Part shown: in pieces, positions 40,276-53,289 of the stretch
How positions within the stretch are numbered: position 1 is the stretch's first letter
Layout of the letters: each line of letters begins with the position of its first letter
Source of the DNA: the human T2T-CHM13v2.0 reference genome, Homo sapiens
Length of the DNA stretch: 64,000 bases
Assembly: GCF_009914755.1 (NCBI RefSeq)
Contig: NC_060926.1
Reading direction: 5' to 3' (one strand)
Notes under the pieces: generated by a model
Database searches by the model: none
What the model saw: the letters and a program-made list of their open reading frames with translations, nothing else
Told to the model about the DNA's origin: nothing
Made by a program: the position numbers and the translations under genes

Positions 40276-42454
40276 TATTTATTTTTTCAAGTTTTAAGTT
40301 CAGTGGTACATATGGAGGATGTGCAGGTTTGTTACACAGGTAAACATATGCCATGATGGTTTGCCACACAGATCATTCCATCACCTAGATATTAAGCCCA
40401 GCATCCACTAGCTATTCTTCCTGATGCTCTCCCCCACACCCATCCCTGACAGGCCTCAGTGTGTTGTTGCCCCCACCTCATGCGTCCATGTGTTATCATT
40501 CAGCTCCCACTTGTGACTGAGAACTCCAGCTCCATCCATGTTACTGCAAAGGATATGATCTTGGTTTTTTGTTTTGTTTTTGTGGCTGCATAGTTTTCTT
40601 TGGTGATATGTACTATATTTTCCGTATCTAGTCTACAATTGATAAGCATTAAGGTTGATTCCACATCTTTGCTATTGTGAATAGTTCTGCAATTAACATA
40701 CACGTGCATGTGTCTTTATGGTAGAATGATTTATATTCTTCTGGGTATATACCCAGTAATGGGATTGCTGGGTCGAATGGTAGTTCTGCTTTTAGCTCTT
40801 TGAGGAATTGCCACATTGCTTTCCACAATGGTTGAACTAATTAACACTCCCACCAACAGTGTATGAGTGTTCCTTTTTTTCTCTGCAACCTCGCCAGCGT
40901 ATGTTATTTTTTGTCTTTTTAATAATAGCCATTCTGACTGATGTGAGATGGTATCTTATTGGGGTTTTGATTTGCATTTCTCTGGTGGTCAGTGATGTTG
41001 AACTCTTTCATGTTTGTTGGCCACACGTTACATCTTTTTTGAGAAATGTCTGTTCATGTTTTTGCCCAATTTTTTAATTACATTTTCCATTCTGGGGTAC
41101 ATATGCAGAACGTGCAGTTTTATTACATAGGTATACATGTTTGCTGCACCCATCAACCCGTCACCTACATCAGGTATTTTTCCTAACGTTATTGCTCCCC
41201 TAACCCCCACCCCCCGACAGGCCCTGGTGTGTGATGCTCCCCTCCCTATGACCATGTGTTGTCAGTGTTCAACTCCCAATTATGAGTGAGAACATGCGAT
41301 ACTTGGTTTTCTATTCTGTTTTGTCACCACCAGACCTGCCTTACAAGAGTTCCTGAAGGAAGCACTAAACATGGAAAGGAACAACTGGTACCAGCCGCTG
41401 CAAAAACATAGCAAATTGTAAAGAACATCAACACTATGAAGAAACTACATCAACTAAGGAGGAAAACAACTAGATAGCATCATAATGACAGGATCAAATT
41501 CACACATAACAATATTAACCTTAAATGTAAACAGGTTATATGCCCCAATTAAAAGACACAGAGTGGCAAATTGGAAAAAGAGTCAAGACCCATTGGTGTG
41601 CCGTATTCAGGAGACCCATCTCACATGCAAAGACACACATAGGCTCAAAGTAAAGGGATGGAAGAATATTTACCAAGTGAATGGAAAGGAAAAAAAAAAA
41701 GAGTTGCAATCCTAATCTGTGATAAAACAGACTTTAAAGCAATAAAGATCAAAGAGATAAAGGGCATTACATAATGGTAAAGGGATCAATGCAGCAAGAA
41801 GAGCTAACTATCCTAAATATATATGCACCCAATACAGGAGCACCCAGAATCATAAAGCAAGTTTTTAGAGACCTACAAAGAGACTTAGACTCCCACACAA
41901 TAATGGGGGGGGAGGACTTTAACACCCCACTGTCAATGTTAGATTGAGACAGAAAATTAACAAATACATTCAGGACTTGAACTCAGCTCTGGACCAAGTG
42001 GACCTAATAGACATCTATGGAACTCTCCACCCCAAATCAACAGAATATACATTCTTCTCAGCACCTCATCACACTTATTCTGAAATTGACCACATAATTG
42101 GAAGTAACACACTCCTCAGCAAATGCAAAAGAACGGAAATCATAACAAATGGTCTCTCAGACCACAGTGCAATCAAATTAGAACTCAGCATTAAGAAACT
42201 CACTCAAAACCACACAACTACATGGAAACTGAAAAACCTGTTCCTGAATGACTACTGGGTAAATAACGAAATGAAGGCAGAAATAAAGATATTCTTTGAA
42301 ACCAATGAGAATGAATACACAATGTACCAGAATCTCTGGGACACATTTAAAGCAGAGTGTAGAGGGAAATATATAGCATTAAATGCCCACAAGAGAAAGC
42401 AGGAAAGATTTAAAATTGACACCCTAACGTCTTTGCCCAATTTTAATGAGGTTG
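40276..42454 (-). mobile_element. 5'-truncated old L1PA (source copy of the duplication), split by a younger L1
   Basis: T-rich tail at ~40276, then 3' UTR and ORF2 end; TSD gacaaacatttta at 40263-40275 and 42455-42467. Confidence 0.9.
41074..42428. mobile_element. 5'-inverted (twin-primed) L1PA7/8-like insertion: 3' end on minus (41074-~41318), ORF1 end and ORF2 endonuclease on plus (~41319-42428)
   Basis: ORFs MTGSNSHITILTLNVN... and ...DHSAIKLEL... are L1 ORF2 endonuclease; TSD tttgcccaatttt at 41061-41073 and 42432-42444. Confidence 0.9.
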
Positions 42455-43014
42455 GACAAACATTTTAGATATTAAACTCACTTGATTTGTCAAAATTAAT
42501 TACATAATGGTCATAAAATGGCACAAGTTCTTGGAGACATAAATTATAAAAATCAATAAGTGCCTTTGATTGCCGTTTTTTCAAGAATCAAGTCCAACAA
42601 TCAAAACCAATCACCAAATGACTTGTTTAATTTGTTTGACATGGGTAGAAATTACTTCCAGGAATAACACTGAGGCATCCTGAAAGTTGTTAGAACATCT
42701 GTGAATTGGGGAATGATATGAGAGAAATCCGGATTTGGGATGGTCCTGCAATGGCCAGTTTATGGTCCTCCACCTCAGATACTTCACTTCCAAAGGTAGC
42801 CTAGGACTAGTCCAAATAGAAATTGGGGTGTTATTTTCCTGAGAGATTTACCCCATAGCACTTCAGATGTGTATACCAAGAAAGAAATGTACTTACATGT
42901 TTGAGATGAGGAAAGGAGAACTATAAAATATGTACTCATATTGAAATTTATACATAATAATTGCCAACAGTAAGTTCTGAAAATAATTCATATTTATAAG
43001 AATGTAAGAGATGA

Positions 43015-43318
<304 letters not shown>

Positions 43319-44454
43319 TTACATAATAGCTCAATGCCTATCTTAGGTATAATCTTAGATTGAAAATCACCTAGTTTTAAAAACATTGGTTTACATATGG
43401 TAATACACTTGATCTCTGACCAAGACAAAATATCAATATTATTAAAGTAATGTTTCTTGTAAAAGTTCCAACACAAAGCTCTAATAAATTTAGATGTTTG
43501 TTATATATCTGGCTAGAATCACCTCCCATTATTTTCTAACTTTATATGATGATTAAAATTAAATTAAGTGCTACATTCAATATGAGTTCAAAAAAGAATT
43601 GATAACTTGTATAATTCGAGAGGGAAAAAATTGAGATGATTGAACTTGAGTTTATCAGAATAATTACCTTGACTCTCCATGTAATTCTGTGTGCATATCA
43701 TCCCATGGACATAGGATAGATAACAATGAGAGTCCCAAAATAGAAGCTCAGGCTCTCCACATGGAATGGGGTGGAACATTGAAAGGATTATTTGCATAAT
43801 TTATATATTAAATAATTTTGCCTCTATTATCTGTATTTTATCAATAAAATTTTTTTCACAAATTATGTAAGTACATGATGTAATTCCCCATGGCATTTTG
43901 CAGGAGTAATCGCAAACTTAATGCACTCCTTTAAGTCCAAAATCTTTGTGGAGAGAACTACGATAGTTCTAATTTACTCAATTGTATATTCTTCTTGCAA
44001 ATCAAATACTCAAGCTGTAAAACAGTAAAACTTGCATCTGATAGAGAAAAGCCTTATTTTTCAAATGTCTTTGAAAAAAATTTAACTAGAAATGGTTTCT
44101 GTTCAGAAATTTGGAGACAACTAAATATCTCCCTTTGAGATAATAAAAGACAAACAAGAAAAAGATCATTTATTTTAAAAACCTGCATTTGTATGTCAGC
44201 AGAATTCAATGATGCCATCTTTCTTCCTGCCAGATGTGACCCGTTCTTTGATAGCCATGAAAGAAGATGAAATACTTGAGGAGTTTCTGAAATCACTTGA
44301 GAGGAGCAAACCATAGACTGGGCCTAATGAGGCACCTTGGAGAAAATATGGGAGTCTTTTAAGTGAATTGGTGATGCCAAGGAAAGATATGAAATTGTCA
44401 AAACCATACTATGACATAACTGTGAATAAAAATAATGTGAGGAAGTGTACTATT

Positions 44455-44481
<27 letters not shown>
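44455..44481. repeat. (CA)n microsatellite
   Basis: About 13 CA units. Confidence 0.95.
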
Positions 44482-44486
<5 letters not shown>

Positions 44487-44623
44487 ACCAGGAAGCCAGA
44501 TCACCAAGAAAACTGTTTTTAAGATTCCCAAAAGACGACAAAACATAGTAACAACCATTTCCTATGCTGGTTTTACTGTCCTCATAAGTACCTAGGGTAA
44601 GGAACTTCTATTAAGAACGAATT

Positions 44624-44922
44624 GCCGGGCGCGGTGGCTCACGCCTGTAATCCCAGCACTTTGGAAGGCCGAGGCGGGCAGATCATGAGGTCAGCAGATC
44701 GAGACCATCCTGGCTAACACGGTGAAACCCCGTCTCTACTAAAAATGCAAAAAAAAAAATTAGCCAGGCGTGGTGGCGGGCGCCTGTAGTCCCAGCTACT
44801 CGGGAGGCTGAGGCAGGGGAGAACGGCGTAAATACAGGAGGCGGAGCTTGCAGTGAGCCGAGATCGTGCCACTGCACTCCAGCCTGGGCGACAGAGCAAG
44901 ACTCCGTCTCAAAAAAAAAATA
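44624..44922 (+). mobile_element. AluY, CpG-rich
   Basis: Diagnostic gagaccatcctggctaacacggtgaaacc and ggcggagcttgcagtgagccgagatc. Confidence 0.96.
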
Positions 44923-44964
44923 AAGAATCGCCACTATTTCTAAATAAAGAACACCAAAAACAAT

Positions 44965-45571
44965 TGTAGTGGGCACCCTGGATTGGCTCTTTCAGCCTCA
45001 TTCCATCCTCTGTCCATTTGAGGTGATTGGAAAGCTTAAAACTATCTTTTCCACACAAACTTGTAACTAAGGTTCTGCATGCTAATCAAAGTGCATTCAG
45101 AAATTGGCAAGCAGAAGTGAGAGTGAGGCTATCTTCCTGCTAATTTTAACTTTTTCAACTGGCAAGCATGATTGTTGGTAGTAAGACATTTACTTGGAGT
45201 TGTGTTTCAGAGTCCATCATCCAGCTTCCTGGGTGACAAGAAGTAGTGTGTGTCATAACAATAATGGCATGGCTTCAGCACAAGCCCTTCTAATTCTTGG
45301 ATTGCAGCTGTGGGTGCACAATTTCAAGTTTCCAGCGTATTCAGAGTCAACTGAAGCAGTAGTAGTGGGTTCTTGATTTAAGCACAATTTTGATAAAGAC
45401 CACAGAAATAGGAGTCCTTAAATTTTATGTCGTTCTGGGTGTCATTTCCAAAGGCACATTCTAAAATTCTTTCCCTTATCTCATTTAACAATTTTAAGAG
45501 CATGCTATATTAAACCACTTCCTGATTTAAGTGGTGAGGTTTCTGTTCCTTGTACACAACCTAGACTGACA
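44965..45571 (+). mobile_element. LTR33-like ERVL LTR
   Basis: tgtagtgggcaccctggattggct...ggaaagcttaaaactatc...gtaactaaggttctgcatg...ctagactgaca. Confidence 0.6.
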
Positions 45572-45981
45572 TATCGACATTAGAAAAATTATTCTCTCAG
45601 ACACTATGAATATTCTATAAAGATAAATTACAGACTTTAAAATAATTTTGATTTTGTCTACCTCTCACAACTCCAAACAAATAATCCATATATTTTCAAA
45701 CAATATAAAATACCAAACTAAGTCTTAAGGCCAAGTGAGGTATTTCATATGGTAATGAATTATTCTTACTGGTTCATATAAGCTGAAATATTCTATCAAG
45801 TCACAATGGAATTCTATAAAGGTTTCTTTGTTGCTGTTATTGTTTTCAGTAAGCAAAATGGTATTTACCAACAACATAAAAATCTAAAATAGAAGCTTCT
45901 TTAGTTATGGAAATAATATTTTGTGTGTGTGAAGCATTTAAGACTAACAATTAATATTCTCTAGCACATGTGGGGAGCATG

Positions 45982-46345
<364 letters not shown>

Positions 46346-46399
46346 TAGTTGGGCAGTAGTATATATAGGGCTTTCTCTACCATTCAGTTCTGGAAATAT

Positions 46400-46814
46400 A
46401 TCAGCTACCAGCAGTATCTGGTCATACTGACTGAGAATGTCTTTTATCTTCTTGAAAGCTTTATCCATATATTTCTGGTAATGGGACACCAGGGATTTGG
46501 AGATGGACTGATGGATAACATAAAACTGGGCCTCATGACCACCATCCTTCACCCAGACAGGATGTCCACACCTGCAAACTGCTCCTGGCCCAGAAGCAGA
46601 ACAGGTTCCAGTAGCTTGTGTTGCAGGGTACATGAGTCAATCACTTCCGGCGCCATCCATTCACCTCGATGAGACCATTGCAGCATTTGCAGTGCCAACG
46701 ACTATCGCCATCTTTTAGCATCAAAAGACCTGCATGGACTGCAGCAGGCTCTTGAATCGCTTGGCTACTGGCATAGAGAGTACTCCTTGTCACACTGCGC
46801 CACAACCAGAAAAG
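46400..46814 (-). pseudogene. Processed pseudogene of ribosomal protein S16 (RPS16), intronless, frameshifted and 3'-truncated
   Basis: Minus-strand peptide [51 protein letters not shown] resembles RPS16 [52 protein letters not shown]. Upstream nucleotides resemble LQSVQVFG...HCKRGNGLIKVNG...[10 protein letters not shown]. The 5' end cttttctggttgtggcgc resembles the RPS16 5' TOP leader. Confidence 0.92.
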
Positions 46815-46902
46815 CTAGATTAAGGTTCCATATCTCCTTGCATATGCAGGCCTTATAGGTTTAGCCACAGATGCAGTAAATATATTAAAAAGGGATGGGA
46901 GT

Positions 46903-47335
<433 letters not shown>

Positions 47336-47459
47336 TTAGATATATACACTCATATTACATCCTTAGAAACAAGCACCTACACAGAAACACAGTCACAGAC
47401 ACAGCACTACAATAACAAGAAAGTATTCAGTACTCAAATAAAATAAGGAAATCTAGAAC

Positions 47460-47833
47460 TGATACTGTTTGGTTCTGTGTCCCCACCCAAATCTCACCTT
47501 GAATTGTAGTTCCCATAATCCCCACCCGTCGTGGGAGGGACCTGGTGGGAGGTAGTCGAATCATGAGGGTGTTTATCCTCATGCTGTTCTCATGAGAGTA
47601 AGTTCTCAGGAGATCTGATGGTTTCATAAAGGGCTTTCTCCCCTTTTGCTGGGCACTTCTCCTTGCTGCTAACATGTGAAGAAAGATGTGTTTGCTTCCC
47701 CTTCTGCTGTGATTGTAAGTTTTCAGAAGCCTCCCCAGCTATGCCGAGCTGTGAGTCAATTAAATCTCTTTCCTTTATAAATTACCCAGTCTCAGGTATC
47801 TTCTTATCAGCAGTGTGAGAACGGACTAATCCA
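47460..47833 (+). mobile_element. THE1-type solo LTR
   Basis: tgatactgtttggttctgtgtccccacccaaatctc...gagaacggactaatcca; TSD agaac/agagc. Confidence 0.92.
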
Positions 47834-49290
47834 AGAGCTTAACAATGTTTAATAGGTATTTTATGGAAGGAATTCTCACAATTTTCAACATGCTAATAGC
47901 ATTATAATCTACAATAAGGTTATATAACATGCAAAATTTCACAAACTCATTTGCCCATGAAATCCTTTTTCCAAGAATGTCTTTCAGAAATGGTGTCCCC
48001 CAAGGAACACAAGGAAATGGCAGTATAAAAGGATGAAGGTACATCTACTGTAAGCAGTTAAGAGGAAGGAAAAAGAAAAGGAGAAAGTTAAGGGAAGAGA
48101 CAAATATTGCCCTCAAACTCACAGACACAGACACGGATGGAGGGAGGTAGACCATAAATTATAAGGAAAGCAAGTACAAGGGAACTGAGGGGAAAGTATG
48201 TTTAGAGCTGAGATTCTAGCAATTATGCAAAAAAGTGTTTTTGTTTTAAAGTGAGTTGTATGAAGTTACACAGCTAGTTAATGACAGAACTAGAACCATT
48301 ATCAACTCACTCCCAAATACTGTGGTAGGGGAAATACAAAGCCCAATGTTAAAATAAACCTATAAGTCACAAGATGTTACAGCCTGAAAAAAAAAAAGAC
48401 AACAAGAATCTTAATCAAAAACTGAAATGCGGCGTGCATTTTATGACCTTGCTTAATTAGGTTCCTATTGCTCACTGTCTTTAGTTTCAATGATAAGTTT
48501 CCAATATCCCAGTATCTCGTAAACATCGCTACAAGATTAAAAACTTACGGAGGTCAGGAAATATAAGAAAAAAAAAATGCCCATGTTACCTGACAAAAAT
48601 CCATTAGGAAAGTCCAAAATAAAAATTTTAAAATGACAATAATTATACTTAAAGAGAAAAAATACATCAAAGAAGCATTAACTCAGAAATTATTTTATTA
48701 GGCTACTTGCCACAAAAGTAATAATTTCTCTCTTTTCTTTGTTCACTTTTCTATCTTTACTTCCTTCTTTCTTCCATAAAGACAAAATCTATTATCAGAA
48801 ACATCAGTTTCATAATTAAACATTATGGGTTTCAAATATATTTCATGACTTATGATAAAAAGAGCATCATACCTTCCAAGTTTCTGATTGGTAGATAAAA
48901 TGAACCTGATAAATTTCATGTTGTACCAAGTATATGGCACAGTGATGGTATCATCAAGAAATTCCTACTTAAAATATTAAAATCCATTAATGAAACAAGC
49001 AAACATAAGATTCCAGACAGAAAATACTAACTTTGAGAATAATGATTTAAAAGTTTGATACGGCATCAAGCACAATTTGGAAGGGAATATGTTTGTGTCT
49101 AGTGTAAAATCTATTTTAACAAGTGCATAGAATAAACAAACACAAGCAGTAGAAGCCTAGTACATCTCTAATTTCTACTTTGGCAAGTTTCAAACTTATT
49201 GATAAATGACAATAAAAAATAGGAATAGTCTTTGCAGCCTAACAGCTAAACTAACAATAAAGACAAATTTATAGCACAGTAGAGTGCTAA

Positions 49291-50017
<727 letters not shown>

Positions 50018-50558
50018 TTACTTCAAAATAAATTCATCTAATGTTAATGTAAAACTTAAGGAATAATTTAATGCTAATACCTTCAACATTAAGCATATGG
50101 TATCAGGAAGGGAATTCTGAAAATTCTCTGGAAACACGTCCTCAGATCAACATATTTGATAATTGTAACTGTCCTTTTTTGACTCTCAATGGATGGCCTG
50201 ATCTCCTCACTGAAATTCCAGTTACCAACAGGGAAGTAATTTTATTAATCAACTTCACAGCCACATGCACACAAACACAAGACTATGACTCAGAAAAAAG
50301 CCACTTTTATGTTTCTATATAAATGTGCTAAATAGAAGATAAGAAGCTTTTAAGTATAAAGAGTTTAATAAAACATGTATTTGCTTATAAAATTGCAATT
50401 AATTAAAAAAGTAAAGTATTTTGAGAATAAGGAGTTATAATATCCTTATAGAAGATGTGCTTCGAATTCTTCACAGAGTTTCTTAGGGAATAATATAAAA
50501 TCAGTTACTGCAGCAAAAATTCTTGTATAAAATTTACTTTTCCCCCAAGATATATTGA

Positions 50559-50879
<321 letters not shown>

Positions 50880-50979
50880 AAAAAGTCTAGATTCTAAATA
50901 GCAAAAAAACAAAACAAAACAGAAATAACCCACTTTTGCTGGGGAAAGATGTAGGTGATGTAGATCAAAAAGAAAATAT

Positions 50980-52429
50980 AGTTCTCTAGGTATATGCAAG
51001 GAATTGATTCCAAGACCCACCCCTCAACTGAAAATACCAAACTCTGAGGAAGGTCAAGTACCTTATATAAAATGGTGTAGTACAGGAAGTCATCATTTAA
51101 TGTAATTGATTCGTTCTTGGAAACTACAACTTTAAGCCAAATGTTGACGTATAATGAAACCATTTTTACCATAGAGTAATTGATATAAACAAGAGTTATG
51201 TTGCTATGGCATATTTCTGGTCACGAAAACATCACCAAACTTCTAAATACAGACCCAAAACACTTCTATTCTTTTTGCTTTTTGAGATAATCTCACTCTG
51301 TCTTTTAAGCTGGAGTACAGTGGTTCAATCATGGCTCACTGCAGCCTCAACATCCCTGGCTCTGGTGTTCCTCCCACCTCAGCCTCCTGAGCACCATCAT
51401 CCTCAGCTAATTAATTTTTTTTTTTTTTTGTAAAGATGAGGTCTTGCTATGTTGCCCGGGTTGGTCTTGAACCCCCAGGCTGATGTGATTTTCTTGCCTC
51501 ACTTTCCACAGTGCTGGGATTACAGACATGAGCCCCCATGCCCGGCCAAAACACTTCTAATGTTAAACATTGAAATAAATATGAGCGATACATACATTTA
51601 ATAAAGATTAATAAAAACAAGTAAGATAATTATTTATCAAAGTAACGTAATTATTCAGGTTCTGGTGGCAGCCAGAACCTATCCCAGCAGCTCGGGGCAT
51701 CAGTCAGGAACCAGCCCTGGACAGGCCACCATTTCATCACAAGATGTACTCGCACACACCCCCACAGGCACACTGGGAACATTTAGACACACTTGTTAAC
51801 TAGTGGCACAGCTTTGGGACATGGGAAGAAACCAAAGTCCCTGAAGAAAACCCACACAGACATGAGAGAATGTACAAACTCCACACAGACAGTGGCCCCA
51901 GCCTGGATTCAATTTATTTTTCTCATCAACACTATAATGAAACATTGTTGAATGACACCACATTATCTGAGGACCTTCTGTTTGTGTATAACCTATGCAC
52001 ATGCTTCTGTATATTTTAAGTCATCTCTAGATCAATTGTAATACCAAATACAAAGTAAATACTATAAAAATAGTTTCTATACTGTATTGGTTTTTACTTG
52101 CATTGTTTTTTACTGGTTTTTTTTTCCTAAATATTTTTGACCGATGGTTGGCTGAAACATGTTGAATGATACCACATCCTTTGAGGACATGCTGTGTTTG
52201 CATATAACCTATGCACATCCTCCTATATATTTTAAGTCATCTCTAGGTTACTTATACTACCAAATACAATGTAAATACTATAAAAATAGTTGCTATACTG
52301 TATTAGTTTTTACTTGTATTATTTTTTACTGTTTTGTTTTTTTCCTAAATATTTTTGATCGATGGTTGGCTTAATCCATCGTTGGTTTAATTAGAGGACA
52401 TGGAGCCCAAAGATGCTGAAGGCTGACTG
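50980..52429. mobile_element. MER2 (Tigger) split by MER82 (~51083-51980), itself split by an AluJ (minus, ~51268-51547)
   Basis: MER2 ...caagtaccttatataaaatggtgtagta | MER82 caggaagtcatcatttaatg...gaggaccttctg | MER2 tttgtgtataacctatgcac...ggctgactg; Alu TSD aaaacacttcta. Confidence 0.8.
51938..52370. repeat. ~215-bp diverged tandem duplication across the MER82/MER2 junction
   Basis: Units ~51938-52152 and ~52153-52370 both begin tgaaacat and end gatggttggc. Confidence 0.9.
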
Positions 52430-53289
52430 TATTCTTTTTACAAAATCTCATTAATTTACAAGATTAAGGATGGTCATCATCATAACTTCAATTCTCCCAA
52501 GCTAGGAGGTGGTCAATTCTTAAACTCTTTCTAACAGAATCCTGGAACCAGAACTAATCAATTGTTTAACATAATTTATCTGTGGTGAAGAATGAAAATC
52601 ACACATTTCTAGGTTTGAGGTAGCTGACAGTTTCTCAAAGGCTGAGAGATACCACAGACACCCGAGCCTGTCCTTTAACTGTTACTCTAAAAGACATCAG
52701 TTTTAATAATAATAAAACATATAGTATTGGGATTGCAAATGTATCTCCTAATGCACACATCATTTTATGCATCTAAACACCTATATATAAAATAGCAGAG
52801 CTTCCTTCACTGGAAAATGTCTACTCAGCCTAAGTGGAATAAAGGGTTAAAAGTCTGCACCATTTTGAGTGATCCTGTACTAACATTAATTGACCTTTAT
52901 TTTAAATGCCTTGGCTCTAATCTTGTTTAATTATAACTGCATTGGTGTGGGTAGGAAGGTAGGGGAGACTCAAAAAAGATTTGCATTAAGCTGTTCCTAT
53001 GTTCATTGGTGTTACGTCCCAAAATAAATTTATAGGTGCATATCATGGGAAGTCAGAGACCAAGCCTGAATAAAAGCCGGTAGTCACTAAGAAGACCCAG
53101 TGTCTCAGAAACACTGAAATTAGCACTTACACTTTATCCAGACACAGACCATATCTTACTGATGATGCAGATAAGTTTTCTGAATGTCTAAGGTCATGAT
53201 TTGGCATGGTCACTCAGCCACCCTTCCTTGTTTATGCTAAATTTATTCTAAAAACAGATAGGCACTTTGCTAAAATGGGATATAGAGCT

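Noticed and set aside
41485-42468. Endonuclease-like ORFs (and RT-like ORFs at 58606-63097)
   Set aside because: Fragments of L1 ORF1/ORF2 with stops and frameshifts; not functional genes.
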